Positions 47,768 to 60,880 of a stretch of DNA of 64,000 nt are shown in pieces. How positions within the stretch are numbered: position 1 is the stretch's first letter; every line of letters begins with the position of its first letter. The stretch lies in assembly GCA_036172245.1 (NCBI GenBank), contig JAYWIR010000033.1:496001-560000 (forward strand), given 5' to 3'. Made by a program: the position numbers and the translations under genes. The stretch is from Raillietiella orientalis. Lineage: Eukaryota. The notes below the pieces were generated by a model. That model made no database searches. It was not told where the DNA came from and was given only the letters and a program-made list of their open reading frames with translations.

Positions 47768-48503
47768 GCGCAAGAGATCAAACGGATCTCGGGTGGGCGG
47801 CTGTTGTGGCGTTGCGGCCCTGCGAAATCAAGCGGTGTTGCCTTCCTGCTTCAGTTAGCCATCGAGACGGCAATTAAGGACGTTCGGTTCGATGACGGAG
47901 GTCGCGTCGGTCGGCTGACTCTCAGCTGTTCCAATTCAATCGACGTGGTCGTCACCAGCCTGTACGCTCCTCTCGGTAAGGATGCGTTGAGGGCGAAGGC
48001 AAGAAGAGAATTCTACCTTGCCCTCGGATGGGATTCGCTTATCGGAGCAGGTGTTCGCAAAGCGCACCTAATTGCAGCTGACTTGACCCTGCGCCTGCTT
48101 CCACGTGCGCCGGATACACTGAACGACCGCGTCAACGAGTTGTGCGCGCAAATGCAAACGTGCAACTTGCTGTCCGGAGATGCGGACATGGAACGGAGCA
48201 TCGATCACGTGTACCTTGACCAGCACCTATGCTCTCAAGTGGGCAGGCTCGGCTAGTTACCGTCCGAGCTGTCGGAGCATGGCCGAATCGTGTTCGAAGT
48301 GCGTCCGCGCGACAAGGGCCCCCCCTCGTCAGCGTGACGTCTGCCCTGGGACTGGCTGAAGTTTCCCGACACTTCGGAACACCTCAGCGTCTTTATTCGG
48401 AGCTTCAGGATGCAGACGCTTCAGGACAGGGACCGCTTGAAGTGGTCGGTCCAGGAGTTCTGCGACCAGTTCCCTCTGCATCGCCTACCTGCGGGATTTA
48501 AGG
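47768..48503 (+). mobile_element. Level-1 host, segment 2: rest of the EN domain
   Basis: Resumes AQEIKRISGGRLLWRCG..GVAFL, then SLYAP and IDHVYL; ends HRLPAGF. Confidence 0.85.
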
Positions 48504-51500
48504 TTGTCACCCGGTTACGCCCGAAGCGCTTATTGAAAAACTCTACATAAACGTAGTACGAGGTCCCAATAACGGCCACACAGCACTGGACCTGCCGGGA
48601 CGCAAGGACGCGGACCGGTGTGACGCTCCTCGGCAGTGGAGGGGGATAGGGATCAAAACAAAAAGAAAAATAAAGATAAGGAAAACAAAAAAAAAGTTTG
48701 GAGGGAGGGGAAGGGATCACAATCCAATGGGAGAGGGGTTCATCCTTAGCAGGATGCCCTCCAGGTCCATCTTCATGCTCCATAGATGGGGCCATCTCGC
48801 AGCTCTCCGCATGAAACAGACCGCATACGGGATGACATCCCTCGCGTTGGCATCCACTCCTTCGTCGCGAATGTCGCTCCAGGCAGCCACGATGCAGCAG
48901 AGGGCTCCGAGTGCTGCGGCGGGCTGCAGGGCGTCCCGCACGAAGAGGGGCCGAAGAACGAATCTGCGCGCGCTGCCCATTGGGAGCCCGAGGGTCGTCC
49001 CGAACCGTTCCCACAGGGGTCGGAAGGCAGCACAGTCAACAAGTAGGTGGGGGAGCGATTCCCGCTCCCTGCACCTGGCACACTCAGGCCTTACACTTCC
49101 CCGCGTCCAGTGAAAGCGGCGCGCGTTCCAGGGTAGACCCCAGTGCAACAGTAGCAGCGCCGACTCTTGCCACTTAATGGGGAGAAGCCTGGATCCGATG
49201 AATATTGGGGGCCACTTCAGGTCATCCGTCGGGATGCCGAGCAGCTCGCCTTATCTACGAAGTCCACGCGGGAGGGCACTCGGGGTTGTGGCATCTGCCA
49301 GTTCTCCCATGGTCCAACCGCTCATCTTCTTTTGCTTGCCTGCTATTAGGCAGGAGACATCTTACCACTTTGGCTCGCGGCCACTGGTTAAAGCCCTTCG
49401 TAGGAAGGGCAGGATCCAGGCTAGAGGGGTAGTTTCCGCCCACATGCTCCTGGCGGGACACTCCAGAGTAGTCCGCAGTGTGCAGCAGGCGTTGGGGCCG
49501 AATCGCAGGCGGTTCCAGTCCGGAGAAGTATGGAGGTTCAGCTTGGCCCACGTCGCCACGGATTCCTCTAGATAGGCGGAGGAGTTGGCGGGGCTGCATA
49601 CCGTCCAGCCGTTGTCTCTCACCAGAGCTTCCATGCTCCCAAGGAGAAGGACGCATCTTCTGACCTTCCTGCCAGAGCACAGTAGGTACGACCCGAGTTT
49701 GTCCAGGACGCAAGGAAGTCCTTGCGTCCTGGACAAACGGCTGGCGAGGATGCGGGCCGTAACGCCCCAAGGGGTGCTCCATGACTTTGCTGCGATGGCG
49801 AGGGTGCGCCATCGCAGCTGTATGTCCAGGCGCTCCAGCTTCAGGAGGCCGAGACCGCCGTCCCGACGAGAAGCGCATCAGTTATCTAGAGGCACACATA
49901 TATTCCCGCTGCCCCAGAGGGCGATGCGGAGTAGGTCCTTTGTCCTCTTTTTAATGTCATGGAAGACGGGGCAAACAAAAAGCAGGGGGCGGAGGATGGG
50001 AGCCGCAAAGGCGTTCCACACCGCGGCCCGTTCCGGCAGAAGGAACTTGCCTTCCAGGAACGGGTCGATTGCCAACTCTACCTTTTGGAGACGACCTGAC
50101 CAGGCTTCTGCGAGGCAGAATTCCCCCAACGGGACACCCTGGTTCTTCAGGTACCTGTCCGCGGGGATCCCCAAGCGGATCCAGTCTGGCCGTCCCGCCT
50201 ACGTCGCACCCACCGGTACGACCGACGACTTCGCCTTGCTTACCCGAAGTCCAGTCCCACGACTTAGCAGATCGAAGAAATCCTCGACTGCGGCTGCCAA
50301 GGCGGACATGGACAACATGAGCAGGAGGTCGTCGGCGTATGCTGTTACGGCGGGCGTGCCGGGGCACGAGCTGGGCAGGGCAGCCAAAGTCACCCTGTAC
50401 GCTCTCACCACCAACTCAAAGTAGGTGCTAAAGAGCAGGCGACTATGGCTATCGCCCTGCCGTATGCTTCGCCGCACCGGCACGCCGTACACCTGTTGCT
50501 GGAAAAGCAGATGTTAACGATGGCGTTGCGCCAGCAGGAGCGCAGGAAGGAGAGAAGAGAGGGAGGGAAGCCCATGCGACCCAGGAGCTTGAACAGTAGC
50601 TCCTGGTCAACGCAGTCGAACGCCTTATGGAGATCGACCTCGATCGCTAGGGCTTCCTCCCCAGCACGGGTGTCCATTCTTAGCCCAGCTGGCGGCCCCA
50701 AAGTGGGGTTTCCAATCTTTCCACCAGTTTCATTCAGGGAGCGCTGCACATGAAACATGTACTCGCGAAGAACAGGTTGGCATCCATACTTCGCCCTGAA
50801 ACAGGGTATGTCTGCTCCGGGCTAATTATGGAGTCTGCCACCTGTCCTAGACGCGAAGCCCACAGTCCAGCGACCAGCTTGGCGTCCGTATTCACAATTG
50901 TGATCGGACTCCAATTTCCTAAGGATCTCAGGTCTCTTCCCTTAGGGAGGAGCCTCACTCGGGCTGACCGACACGAGGCGGGAACGTCTCCTTCGTCTCG
51001 GATCAGCCCGGTCAACTGGATCACCAGGGGGGCCAGCTCTGTAGCGAAGCATTGTAAAAATTTTGCAGGCAGGCCGTCCTCCCTTGGCGCCTTACGCCTC
51101 TTCAGCCTCTTAATACCGGCAAGAATTTCACCGGTAGAAAAAGGCTCGTCGAGGCTGATCCTCTCCTCCTCCCCTATTGCCTGGCCTCCATCCGGAAGCA
51201 GGAGCCGCAAGGCGTCCCGCTCTGGGGGTGCCCTAGCGTAGAGGAAGGAATAATAATGCCGCACGAGGTGCCTGATCGCGGGTGGGGCCGATCGCTCCCG
51301 GCCCTGGTCGTCAAGCAAGCTGGCCGACCCTTGTTGCCAGGCTTGGCGCTCGGCCCAGGCTCGATACTGGGCCAGGCGACGGACATTAGGGGTCCTCTCC
51401 TACCAGCGGGCCTGTAAATAGGCCCTATGGTTTCGAGCCTCCTCCCTAAATCCGGGGGGCAGGCGGTGCAGGGGGAACTCCTTGCAGAACTCGCGGACCG

Positions 51501-54170
51501 AGGCCTTGAAGTGGTCGCAATCTTTGAGACTGCGGAGGGTGACGCCTCTCAGGAATTCGCGAAGGTGTTTCTTCGCACCTGAAAACCGCGTCCAGTCCAT
51601 AGGCAGCCGCCACGCCCTGGACGTAGGTCCTTAATCGCGCGGGAAAACCTCGGCGATTAACCTGGAATGGTCCGACAGCGTCGACGCAACTTTTCCCCGT
51701 TTGCCGACCCACGAGCACAGGTCTACATCCAGGGAGAAGTGGTAGATGCTGCGGTCCATTCCCTTTGCGTCCACCAACAAGTTGCGCGTGCGCATAGCAG
51801 CGCACAACTCGTTGGCCGTGCGTTCTTGTGCTTCGGGCTTACCTGACAGCAGACGGAGATTAAAGTCCCCAGCTATCAGGTGTGCCTTCCGCACGTTCGT
51901 ATCGGCCAGCCAGTCGCCCTTCAGGGTTTCCAGCAACCTGGTACGGTCGCTGTATCCCCCTTTCCCGCATAAGGCGTACACGTTCGTGACGATCAATTCG
52001 ATAGAATCGGACCAGCTGAGAGTCAGCTGACCGACTTGACCGTCGTCATCGAAGCGTACGCCCTTAACGGCAGCGTCGATGGCCGGCTTCACGAAAAACG
52101 CGACTCCACAGGTGTTGCGGGCGCCGCATTGCCAATACAGTCGACCCCCTGCGATCGTCTCGATCTCCTGGACGTCTGCCGAGGCTATCACTTGATCTCC
52201 TGCAGCAGGGCCAGGTCGAACTCACGCAGGGTGTCGGCCGTATCTCGTCTGTTACCGTCGTCGCGCAGCTCGTTGGCGTTCTAACTGGCCACGCGGATTC
52301 CACGGCGACAGGCGAGCCCAGATGTTACTCCTGGGGAATCGGCTCTGCGGCGTCCGCCACCTGTTAAGGCGGGACGCTAGGTGGAGCAGGAGGGACAGGT
52401 GCCTCGAGCACCTGGTCCCCCTGCTCCATCGGTGACGGCGCGTCGGGCGGGTCATCCTCCGGTAGGGTCGCGCCTACCTGTTGGCCCTCCTCCATAAGTG
52501 TGGGCTGTACAGGGTCCGCGCTGGCAAGAAGGACTTCGCCTCCCTGCTCTCCCTCCTCCATGGGGGTGGCCTGCTCGACGACTTCCGCGCGTGGGATTTC
52601 CCCCTCCGGGATTCCCACGCTGCCGTCGGCTTCCTGCTTCTCCTCTTCGCTCGTGGAGCGGAGGCGCCTCCTCGGCTATCGGGACTTGCGTCCCGTCTAC
52701 CGGGGGGTGCCTCCGACGACGAGGATGCACTTGCGGCCCTCAGATCGCACTCACCTGCGGGGGCCTTCTTCGGCGGAGCCGGCCTTCGCACGGCCTTGCG
52801 TGAGGGTTTCTCACGCTCGGCCAGCGTGGCCGGGAGCTCCTCCGTCGCCTGCGCGAACGCGGCGTCCTCGCTTTAGGCGCGCGCTTCGCGCTGCTCACCC
52901 TCTGTGCAAACAGAGGGTTCGTCGTCGCGAACTTCGGGCGCGGCGGAAACGGCGAGGGGAGGCTCGTCGCCCCGGGTGGCAGCCTCGGGGACGGCAATCC
53001 GTTCGAGTGACACCGTGCACTCGCAAAGAGTTTTCGAGCGCGGACCGGGTTAATTCGTTCTTGCGCTCTTTTCTTTCTTCGCTCTCGTGGGTTCCACGGG
53101 GGGAACTTTTTTCTCTTTTCTGGCCTTTACCAGCTTCCATCCTTCTTCCTCTCCCGCGTCTTCAGCGGGTTTTTCCTCCGACGCCTGGGTGGAAGGAACA
53201 GGAGATGGCGGCTGGGGCCGGCTAGTTTCGCGATAAGCTCTTTCGATCTTTTTTCCTTTTTCAGGCTGTGCCTTTTTGGCAGCAGGTAACACCGGGGTAG
53301 GGCGTTTGGGGCACACTCGACGAACGCGTCCCTTAACCCCGCACAAGTGGCACTCTATATTCGGGCGCCGCTTGCGCAAGTGCCCTACTGCATCGCATTA
53401 GCCACAATAGCGGGGTTTCCCCACGTACGAGAGGCCGACGGATTCCTTTGCGATCTCCAGTTTCTGGGGCAAGCTACTGCCCTCATTTACCGTTACACGC
53501 GCTGCAGCCTGGCCTCTGAAATGGCTATTAAAGCCTTCGAAAATGGTAGCCTTTGGCCACAACGCGTGTATCTCACCGTATTCGCTCAATTCATTACTCA
53601 CCGCAGATCGCGTCATTCGGTTCGTAATGCCGGTTAGATGGACCACTACGGAGCGGTCCATGCTAACCGGCAGGATCTTCCGGCCATCCACATTCAGCGG
53701 GGTGTTAATGAGGCGCTCTGCTAAGGCTACGTCTTTGCAGACGACCTCCACGCGCTGCCCCCGCTGAGTACGGAGAGGCCGTCAAGATCCTCCTCTCGTA
53801 CAGGGAAATCCTGCAGTGCCCTACTAAATGCCCGGGTGGTGCGACCATCAAACAGGGGTCCTACCATATAAACCAGAGATGGTTTATATCCGGAGGCCCT
53901 GTAGGCCGCTTGCTCTGCCAAGGTTTCCGCACTCGGCAAGGAAATCATGGCGCTCCACGTCCTCGGCGTTGCCGGGGATGATTCCGGGGTGGACGCCTCA
54001 GATTCAGCAGGCTGTGAAGGTGGGCAAGCCTCCCCCACACCTACCTCCATCGTGGTGTCCTCAGGCGTCGCTACCATCGGACACCAACGATGTTCCACAC
54101 GAACACACACAAAGAAAAATCCGCTTCCTGTGGACTCGCTCGGAAGCTCAGGAAAAACACGTCCGCTCGT
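48504..54170 (-). mobile_element. Level-2 full-length (about 5.7 kb) family B LINE, defective; best reference copy of the family
   Basis: 5' motif at 54164; ORF1 pieces 53727..54173 through 52364..52618; EN 51631..52191; RT 50734..51318, 50405..50758 and 50199..50492 (YADD); CARC..HLLVDC in 48717..49148; terminal motif at 48504-48534. Confidence 0.92.
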
Positions 54171-54757
54171 CAAGGGATTCGAAGAGAGGCCGCGTAACGA
54201 AAGGTGCTATCTTCAGGCCCGACGTTACGCGAGAATCCCCGACATGAGCAATTTAGCGAAATACCGAGCAAGAGCCGAGAGGCAAGCCTGGTAATCAGGG
54301 TCGGCAAGCTTCTTGGACGACCAGGGCCGGGAGCACTTGGTTCCCGCTCAAAAACGCGTAATAATGGAGAAATTTTACTCCTCCCTGTACTCCAGGGAGC
54401 CTCCGGAGAAGGATGTCTTACGACTTTTGCTTCCGGAAGGTGCTTTAGCGATCGGGGAGGAGGAGAAAAGGAACCTCGACAAGACTTTCACGATGGGCGA
54501 GATCATCTCGGCCATCGGAAAGCTCAAGAGGGGAAAGGCTCCAGGGGAGGACGGCCTGCCTGCGGAGTTTTATCAAACTATCGCGGCAGAGCTTACTCGC
54601 CTGGTACATCAGCTCACCTTGCTGATCCGCGAAACAGATGACGTTCTCACCACGTTTCGTTCAGCAAAGGTGCGTCTCCTCCTTAGAGGAGGAGACCTTA
54701 GGAGCATGAACAACTGACGTCCCATCACAATAGTGAATGCGGACGCTAAGTTCCTAG
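54171..54757 (+). mobile_element. Level-1 host, segment 3: ORF2 linker up to RT DAK
   Basis: Resumes KGFEERPRNERCYLQARR, includes KAPGEDGLPAEFY, ends IVNADAKFL. Confidence 0.87.
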
Positions 54758-56837
54758 TTGCCACCCGGTCACGCCGGGGCGTTTATTACAAATTCTCTAT
54801 GATTCGTGGTACGAGGTCCAACTACGGCCAACTCAACTGGACCTGCCGGGTCGCCGGTACGCAGACCGGAGCGACTCTCCTCGGCAGCAAAAGGAGGTGG
54901 GAGAAAAAACCAAAAAAAAATAAAACATAAAAAACAAAAAGATTTGGGGGGGTTAGGGAGGGATCACTGATCACTGGGAGGAAGGTCCATACTTTGCAGG
55001 ATGCCCTCGATGTCCGTCCGTATGCTTCTAAGGTGGGGCCATCCGGTCGCAATCCGCAGGTAGCGGACAGCAAGTACGACGGCATCCCTGTCGTGACTCG
55101 GTCTTCTGAAGTTGTTGCAGCTGGTCACAATCCCGCGTATGCAGCAAAGTGCAGCCAGGGTAGCGGCTGGACGCAGGGCATCCTGCACGAACAGAAGCCG
55201 AAAAATGGCTTTGGGCTGGCTGCTCTCCTGGATCCGTAGGGAGGCACGAAGACGCTCCCACAGGGGTCGGAGGGCAGCACAATAAACAGGGAGGTGGAAG
55301 AGGGTTTCCCGTTCCCCAGACCTGATGCAGGTAGGATCTACACGACCGTTGGTTCAGTGGTGGCGGTGTGCGTTGCAGGGAAGACCTTGATGCAACAACA
55401 GAAGCGCCGACTCCTGCCGCTTCAGGGGGAGGACCCTAGAACCAATTCATACCGGGGGCCACTTCAGGTCATCCGGCTGGATGCCGAGTAGCTCGCCCCA
55501 TCTCTGAAGTCCTCTCGGCTGGACACTGGGAGTAGTAGAGTCCGCCAGTTACCCCGTGGACCAGCCGCTTATCAACTTCTTCTTGCCTGCGATATGGCAG
55601 GAGACGTGACACCTAGGCTTGCGGCTGCAGGAGAGCGCCCTTCTCAGGAAAAGCATCGCTGTAGCTAGAAGGGTTGTCTCTGCCCACGTGCTTCTCGCGG
55701 GACACTGGAGTATCTTCTGTAGAGTGCAGCAGGAATAGGCGCCGCGTCGCAGGCAGCTCCACATCTCTCCGTTTTTCTGGTATATCTTCGCCCACGTGCC
55801 AGCTGTCTCCTCCAGCCATGCTGAGAAGTTGGCGGAACTGCATACCATCCAGCCGTTTTCCTTAGCCAGAGTTGCCATGCGTCCCACGAGAAGTCCACAT
55901 CTCTTGATCTTCCTGCTACGGCACAGAAGATCAGACGCAAGACCCTCGGTCCCGGATACACGGCTGGCAAGGAGTCGGGCCGAAACGCAACAAGGGGTGC
56001 TCCATAACTTCGCTGCGATAGCAAGGGTTTGCCACCGCATCTGAATCTCTACTCGCTTCATCGTCAAGAGGCCGAAACGCCATCTCGACGTGGAGTACAC
56101 ATGTCCTTCAACGGGACACAAGGCCTCCCTCTTCCCCAAAGGGCAATTCTGAGGAGGTTTTTCGTCCGTTTTTTCAACTCTCTGGGGACGGAGCGAACAA
56201 AAGCCGGGGGCGGAGGAAAGGAGCCGCGAACGCGTTCTGTACCGTGGCATGTTCCGGAAAGAGAAATTTGCCTTCCAGGAACGGGCCGATCGCCGTTCCC
56301 ACTTTTTGGAGGCAGCCAGACCACGCTTCCGCAGGGGAGTAGTCCCTCAACGGCACACCAAGGTTCTTCAAGCACCTTGCCGTGGGGATCCCCAAGCGGA
56401 CCCAGTCCTGCTGCCCAGCCCACGTAGCACAGTCGGGAACCACCGTCGACTTAGCCTTGTTCACCGATAGTCCGGCTAAGCAGATCGAAAAAATCCCCGA
56501 CCGCCTTTGCAAGGGTTTACATCGGCAACAGAAGCGAAAGATCGTCGGCGTACGCTGCTATGGTGGGCGTGCCGGTGCACGAGCTTAACTTGGGGGCTAA
56601 AGTCACCCTGTACGCTTTTAGCACCAACTCAAAGTAGGTGCTAGAGAGCAGGGGACTGAGGCTGTAGCCCTGCCGTATGCCCCGCCGTACCGGCACGCCG
56701 TACGCCATTCGACCTCTGGAAAAGATATTGATCAGCGCGCTGAGGAAGCAAGAGAGCGGGTAGGCCGATAGGAAGGGCAGGAATCCTATGCGTCCCAGGA
56801 GCCTCGGTGGGAGATCCTGGTCGACGCAGTCGGACGC

Positions 56838-58389
56838 TCGATGCGTCGGCCCGTTCCGAGGCGGCAGGTTTTTCCTGCCTGAACGGGCCGCGGTTTAAAC
56901 ACGTTCGCGGCTCCTCTCCTCCTCCCCCTGCTTTCTGTTTGACCCCCCAAAGAGAGAATTAAAAAACGGACAAAGGACCTCATCCGTATCTCCCTTTCGA
57001 GCAACGGGAGGGCCCTAGTCAGTTAAAAGCACTTGTGCGCTCCTCGTCGGGACGGTGGTCTAGGCCTCCTGACGCTGGAGCGGCTGGAGCTTCAGCTCCA
57101 GTTCCGCTTGTCGGCACTCGTTCCAGAGTTGTGGTGCACCTGTTGGTGCGTCCCTGCACGTCTCCTTCTCCAGCAAGCCATTGGCAAGACGGGACTGACG
57201 TCGTTTCTTGCACTCCGTCGCCGCGTCAACCGATGCGGACTCCAGCTACGGAGGGTGCCTGCGCTGTATCGGAAAAACCCAGGATTGGTCACCTTTCGCC
57301 CTTTGAACGGTAGTGCCTGGTTGCAGAAAACCGTTCGAACGTGGAAACAGTTCGGCATGCAACGCTCTTAACAGGAACGAAGGTACCTGTTTGGGGGTTA
57401 CGAAAGTTGCAAGCTCCGCGAGATCCTGGGTGATCCAAAGAAGAGAGCGTTGGCAGGAACAACCCCCCTCGCTGCTGCGCTGCCCTCCCTGATGGAAGAT
57501 CTTAACAGCGATGTGGCGGCGAAGTGGTAGGTCACAGTAACAATCTTCGGGAAAGAGAAGAAGATAGGATAGTGGAAGACGGGTCAGCTGACTGACGCTG
57601 CCTTTCCGAGTACGACTCTCCATGGACTTCTACGCTGAATTGCGCTGCTCCACGTTCCCATTGAACGTTTGAAGTGGCCCCGGTACTTATTAACACCTCC
57701 ACCCTCCTTTTAAAATGGCAGGAGTCGTCTCTCCTGTTGCAGTACTGGGGACTCCCCTGCAACGCTCGCCGACACCACTGGACCTGGGGAGCGGTGGACC
57801 CCAATTGCGTCAGGTGTAGGGAAGGGGAGTCCCTCCGCCACCTGCTAGTGGATTCTGTTGCCCTTCGGCCCCTTTGGTTTTGCTTTGCCGCGGTCATCGG
57901 AGTCCCCTGTGTCAACCTCAGGGACGTACTGAAAGCTCTCTTCGTTGCCGACGCCATTTGGCCAGCGACCTCGTTAGCAGCCCTGTGATGCCATCGCTGG
58001 ATCGTCGCCGCCTGGAATAAGGCTACGGAAGGACCACACGAGCAGGGTGCCATCCAGTCAGCTTCCCAGTTCCTAAGGAGTGCGTCCCGATTGCCCCACT
58101 TGGTTCCAGGAATACAGAAAGGAGCTTGCCGGCATCCTTTAAAGGATGCAACGGCCCCACCAGCAACTGTGATCCCTTCCCTTACCCTACCAACTTTTCT
58201 TTTCATTGTTGTTTTGTTTTTTGTTTTTTCTTCTTCTTCCTGCTGCCGTGATGGATTGTACCGGTCTGCGAACCGGTGACCAGGCAGGCTCTGTGTTTGT
58301 TCGTGCGTGGCTGTAGCAATGGTTTATCCACTGCACGTCTTTGTGAATGTTTATTAAACAATAAACGCCTCGGCGAAATCCGGGTGAAA
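56838..58389 (+). mobile_element. Level-3 5'-truncated family B copy inserted at RT KAFD|
   Basis: PRRDGGLG and CVRC..HLLVD motifs; terminal AATAAACGCCTCGGCGAAATCCGGGTGAAA; host reads DLRKAFD on one side and ASDCVDQDL on the other. Confidence 0.83.
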
Positions 58390-58999
58390 ATCGAACGCCT
58401 TGCGAAGATCGACTGCGACCGCTAAGGCACTTGGCGCTTTCTCAGGCTGAATGCTGCGACATTTAGCTTTGGCAGCCGCAGTTGCGGTTGCCTGGCTTTC
58501 GTGCGCCACGCAATGTTGCAGCTCGACCCACGTGCGCGCCAAAAACAAGTTCGCCTTCATGGTCCGCCCGGGAAGAGCGTATGACTGCTCCGGATTTACC
58601 AAGAATCCAGCGATCCTGCCTAGGAGCGCGACCCAGAGCCTGGAGAACAACTTGACGTCCGCATACACCAAAGTGATCGGACGGCAGTTGCTTAAACGAG
58701 GCATGTCTCCGCCTTTCGGCAAGAGACGCACCCTTGCTGAGCGAAACGAGGCTGGGACATTGCTCGTCTCTCGCATCAGCGCAGAAACTCTTAGCATCAG
58801 GGGGATGAGTTCCGCCGCGAAGCACTGAAAGAACTCCGCAGTCAGACCATTCTCACCTGGAGCCTTGCGCTTCTTGAGGCCCGCTATGGCGGAAGACACT
58901 TCTTCCGCCGTAAAGGGCAAGTCAAGAGAGGCGCGTTCCTCCTCATCGACCGCAGGGGAATCCTCCGGCAGAAGCAGCTCCGAGAGCGAACCTAAGGAC

Positions 59000-60157
59000 A
59001 TTTACCGTCTCCGCTTTCTGAGTGACGGCCTGCACCCAGCTGCGTCTATAGCAGTCCTCTGCTACGTGCGCGGCATTGTGCAAAGGTGGCACGAAGAAGC
59101 AGAGGTTTAAGATGCAGGAACGCCATCCACTGGACGACGATCTCTTTGGAGACGGCGGAAAGGTGGCGTCTACCTTTCACAATAAAAACCGAACTTGACT
59201 GCATCCTCAACAGGATGCGAAGGACCGAACCAGGCGCACAGTGATACCTCTCCTACCCCCCATCTCTTCATAGAACAGTTTCCTTCCTTGTTATTTCCTT
59301 TTTTGTTTTTTGTTTTCCTTTTCCAGTTCCGCAGCGCCTGGATAGGGAACCTTGCCGGTCTAAAGACCGAGTAGCGAGTACATTGTAACGTTGGAGAACC
59401 CAGTGTTATCCTACAGAAAACATTTTTTAAAGACTTTATTATCTAATTTTGGTAACAAATTAGATTAATGAATGCCCCGGCATATCCGGGTGACAAACGG
59501 AGGACGCACTTGTTGTTCGCTCCGTGGATAGGGAGTTTTTTGACTGGTGTTTCGTGTGTGTTTCGCGGCCGTTGACAGGCAGAAATGCCTGTGAACGCCG
59601 CAGTTTCAGGTGAGGGAGGCGGGAAGATCGCGTCTCCCAAGCCAAAGGAGGTGGGATTACGCCCCACCACTACTTCGGCACCTTTCCCCGCCACTACGGC
59701 GAAGGCATGGAGCGCGGTGGCTGCGGTGCAAACTCCCGATGTCGCCCCCGAAATACAATCCTACATCGGGGAGGGCTACAATCCGGCCCTCCTGTACAAG
59801 GTAGGAAATTTATATTCCCCGCGACATTTCTGCAATGCCATCAAAAAGATGGAAATTCCCAACCATGAAATTATTTGCCTCTCAATATGGAGCGGAGGGC
59901 AGTTGGCGGAGCTCATCTGCAAGGATGCTGCTCTTACCCACAAGATGCTCTGCACGCTCGTACAATTTGAGTTGAGGAATTTACTCCCACACACTGTGGA
60001 CCACTCCATTGTGGTCCACCGAACAGGGACAACAGTGCGGATGGATGAGAACGCCATCCGCGCTGAACTGGAAAAATTCGCAAGCGTTTTCGCGATGTGG
60101 AGAAAGCCCAACACCTTCGGAGTGAATGGTGCATTTAGTGGGCGAGTAGGCGCGCGG
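59000..60157 (+). mobile_element. Level-3 head-to-tail junction fragment: family B 3' end (to 59496) plus next element's 5' UTR and ORF1
   Basis: GCCCCGGCATATCCGGGTGACAA then GGACGCACTTG; ORF 59585..60160 resembles the ORF1 at 5.3-6.2 kb. Confidence 0.8.
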
Positions 60158-60749
60158 TAAATGTACTGGGGCTTGCCCACGTTCCAGACGTCGACGGTCT
60201 CGTTGCCGACGTCTAGTTTGTGGGGTAGCCCACTGTTTTCGTGGACGGTTACACGCGCACCAGCCATGCCACTAAACAGTCTTCCGGAACTGTGGAAGAC
60301 AATGGGCTTGGTCCATAGCGCGTAAACCGTTCCGTATTTTCCGAGTTCCTCCTGCACGTCGGCTTTCGACATGCGGAGGGTGACTCCAGTGACCAGCGTC
60401 ACCACGGAGCGATCCTCCGTTACCAAGAAAACCTTTCGGCCTTCCAGTGTGATTGGCGTATTCAGGAGGTGTTGAGCAAGGCTTGCATTTCTGCAAGTCA
60501 GCTCCACCCGCTGACCACCACTCAACACGGAAAGACCTTACAGGTCTTCCTCTTTTACGTTCAACCGCTGCAACTCCCTTTCGAAGTTGCGAGCGGTGTT
60601 CCCCACAAACAGATTGCCTACCTTGTATATCAGGGACGGCTTGTATCCCTGCTCCAGGAAGGCTTTCTGCTCGGCGAGGGCTGCAGGAGATGGGGCTGCA
60701 GCCACTGAACTCTAGGTCTTCGGCGATGCCGAAGACGCATTCGAGGGTG

Positions 60750-60880
60750 CAAATGCCCCCTTTTTCAAGGAGGCGGTTGCGCCCTGTTCCAGCGGGGCTT
60801 TTGCCCCCTTTTTCATGGGGGGCTTTGCCCTTGCTTCCGAGGCGGTGCTTGCCCCCTTTTTCAGGGGTGCGGCTGCCGTC
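60750..60880. repeat. 48-bp period degenerate tandem repeat in ORF1 N-terminus
   Basis: GCCCCCTTTTTCA-like unit three times; encodes PLKKGA, PMKKGA and SLKKGA on the minus strand. Confidence 0.8.

Noticed and set aside
35325..54170. An active, intact retrotransposon
   Set aside because: Every full-length copy has frameshifts or premature stops in ORF1 and ORF2.
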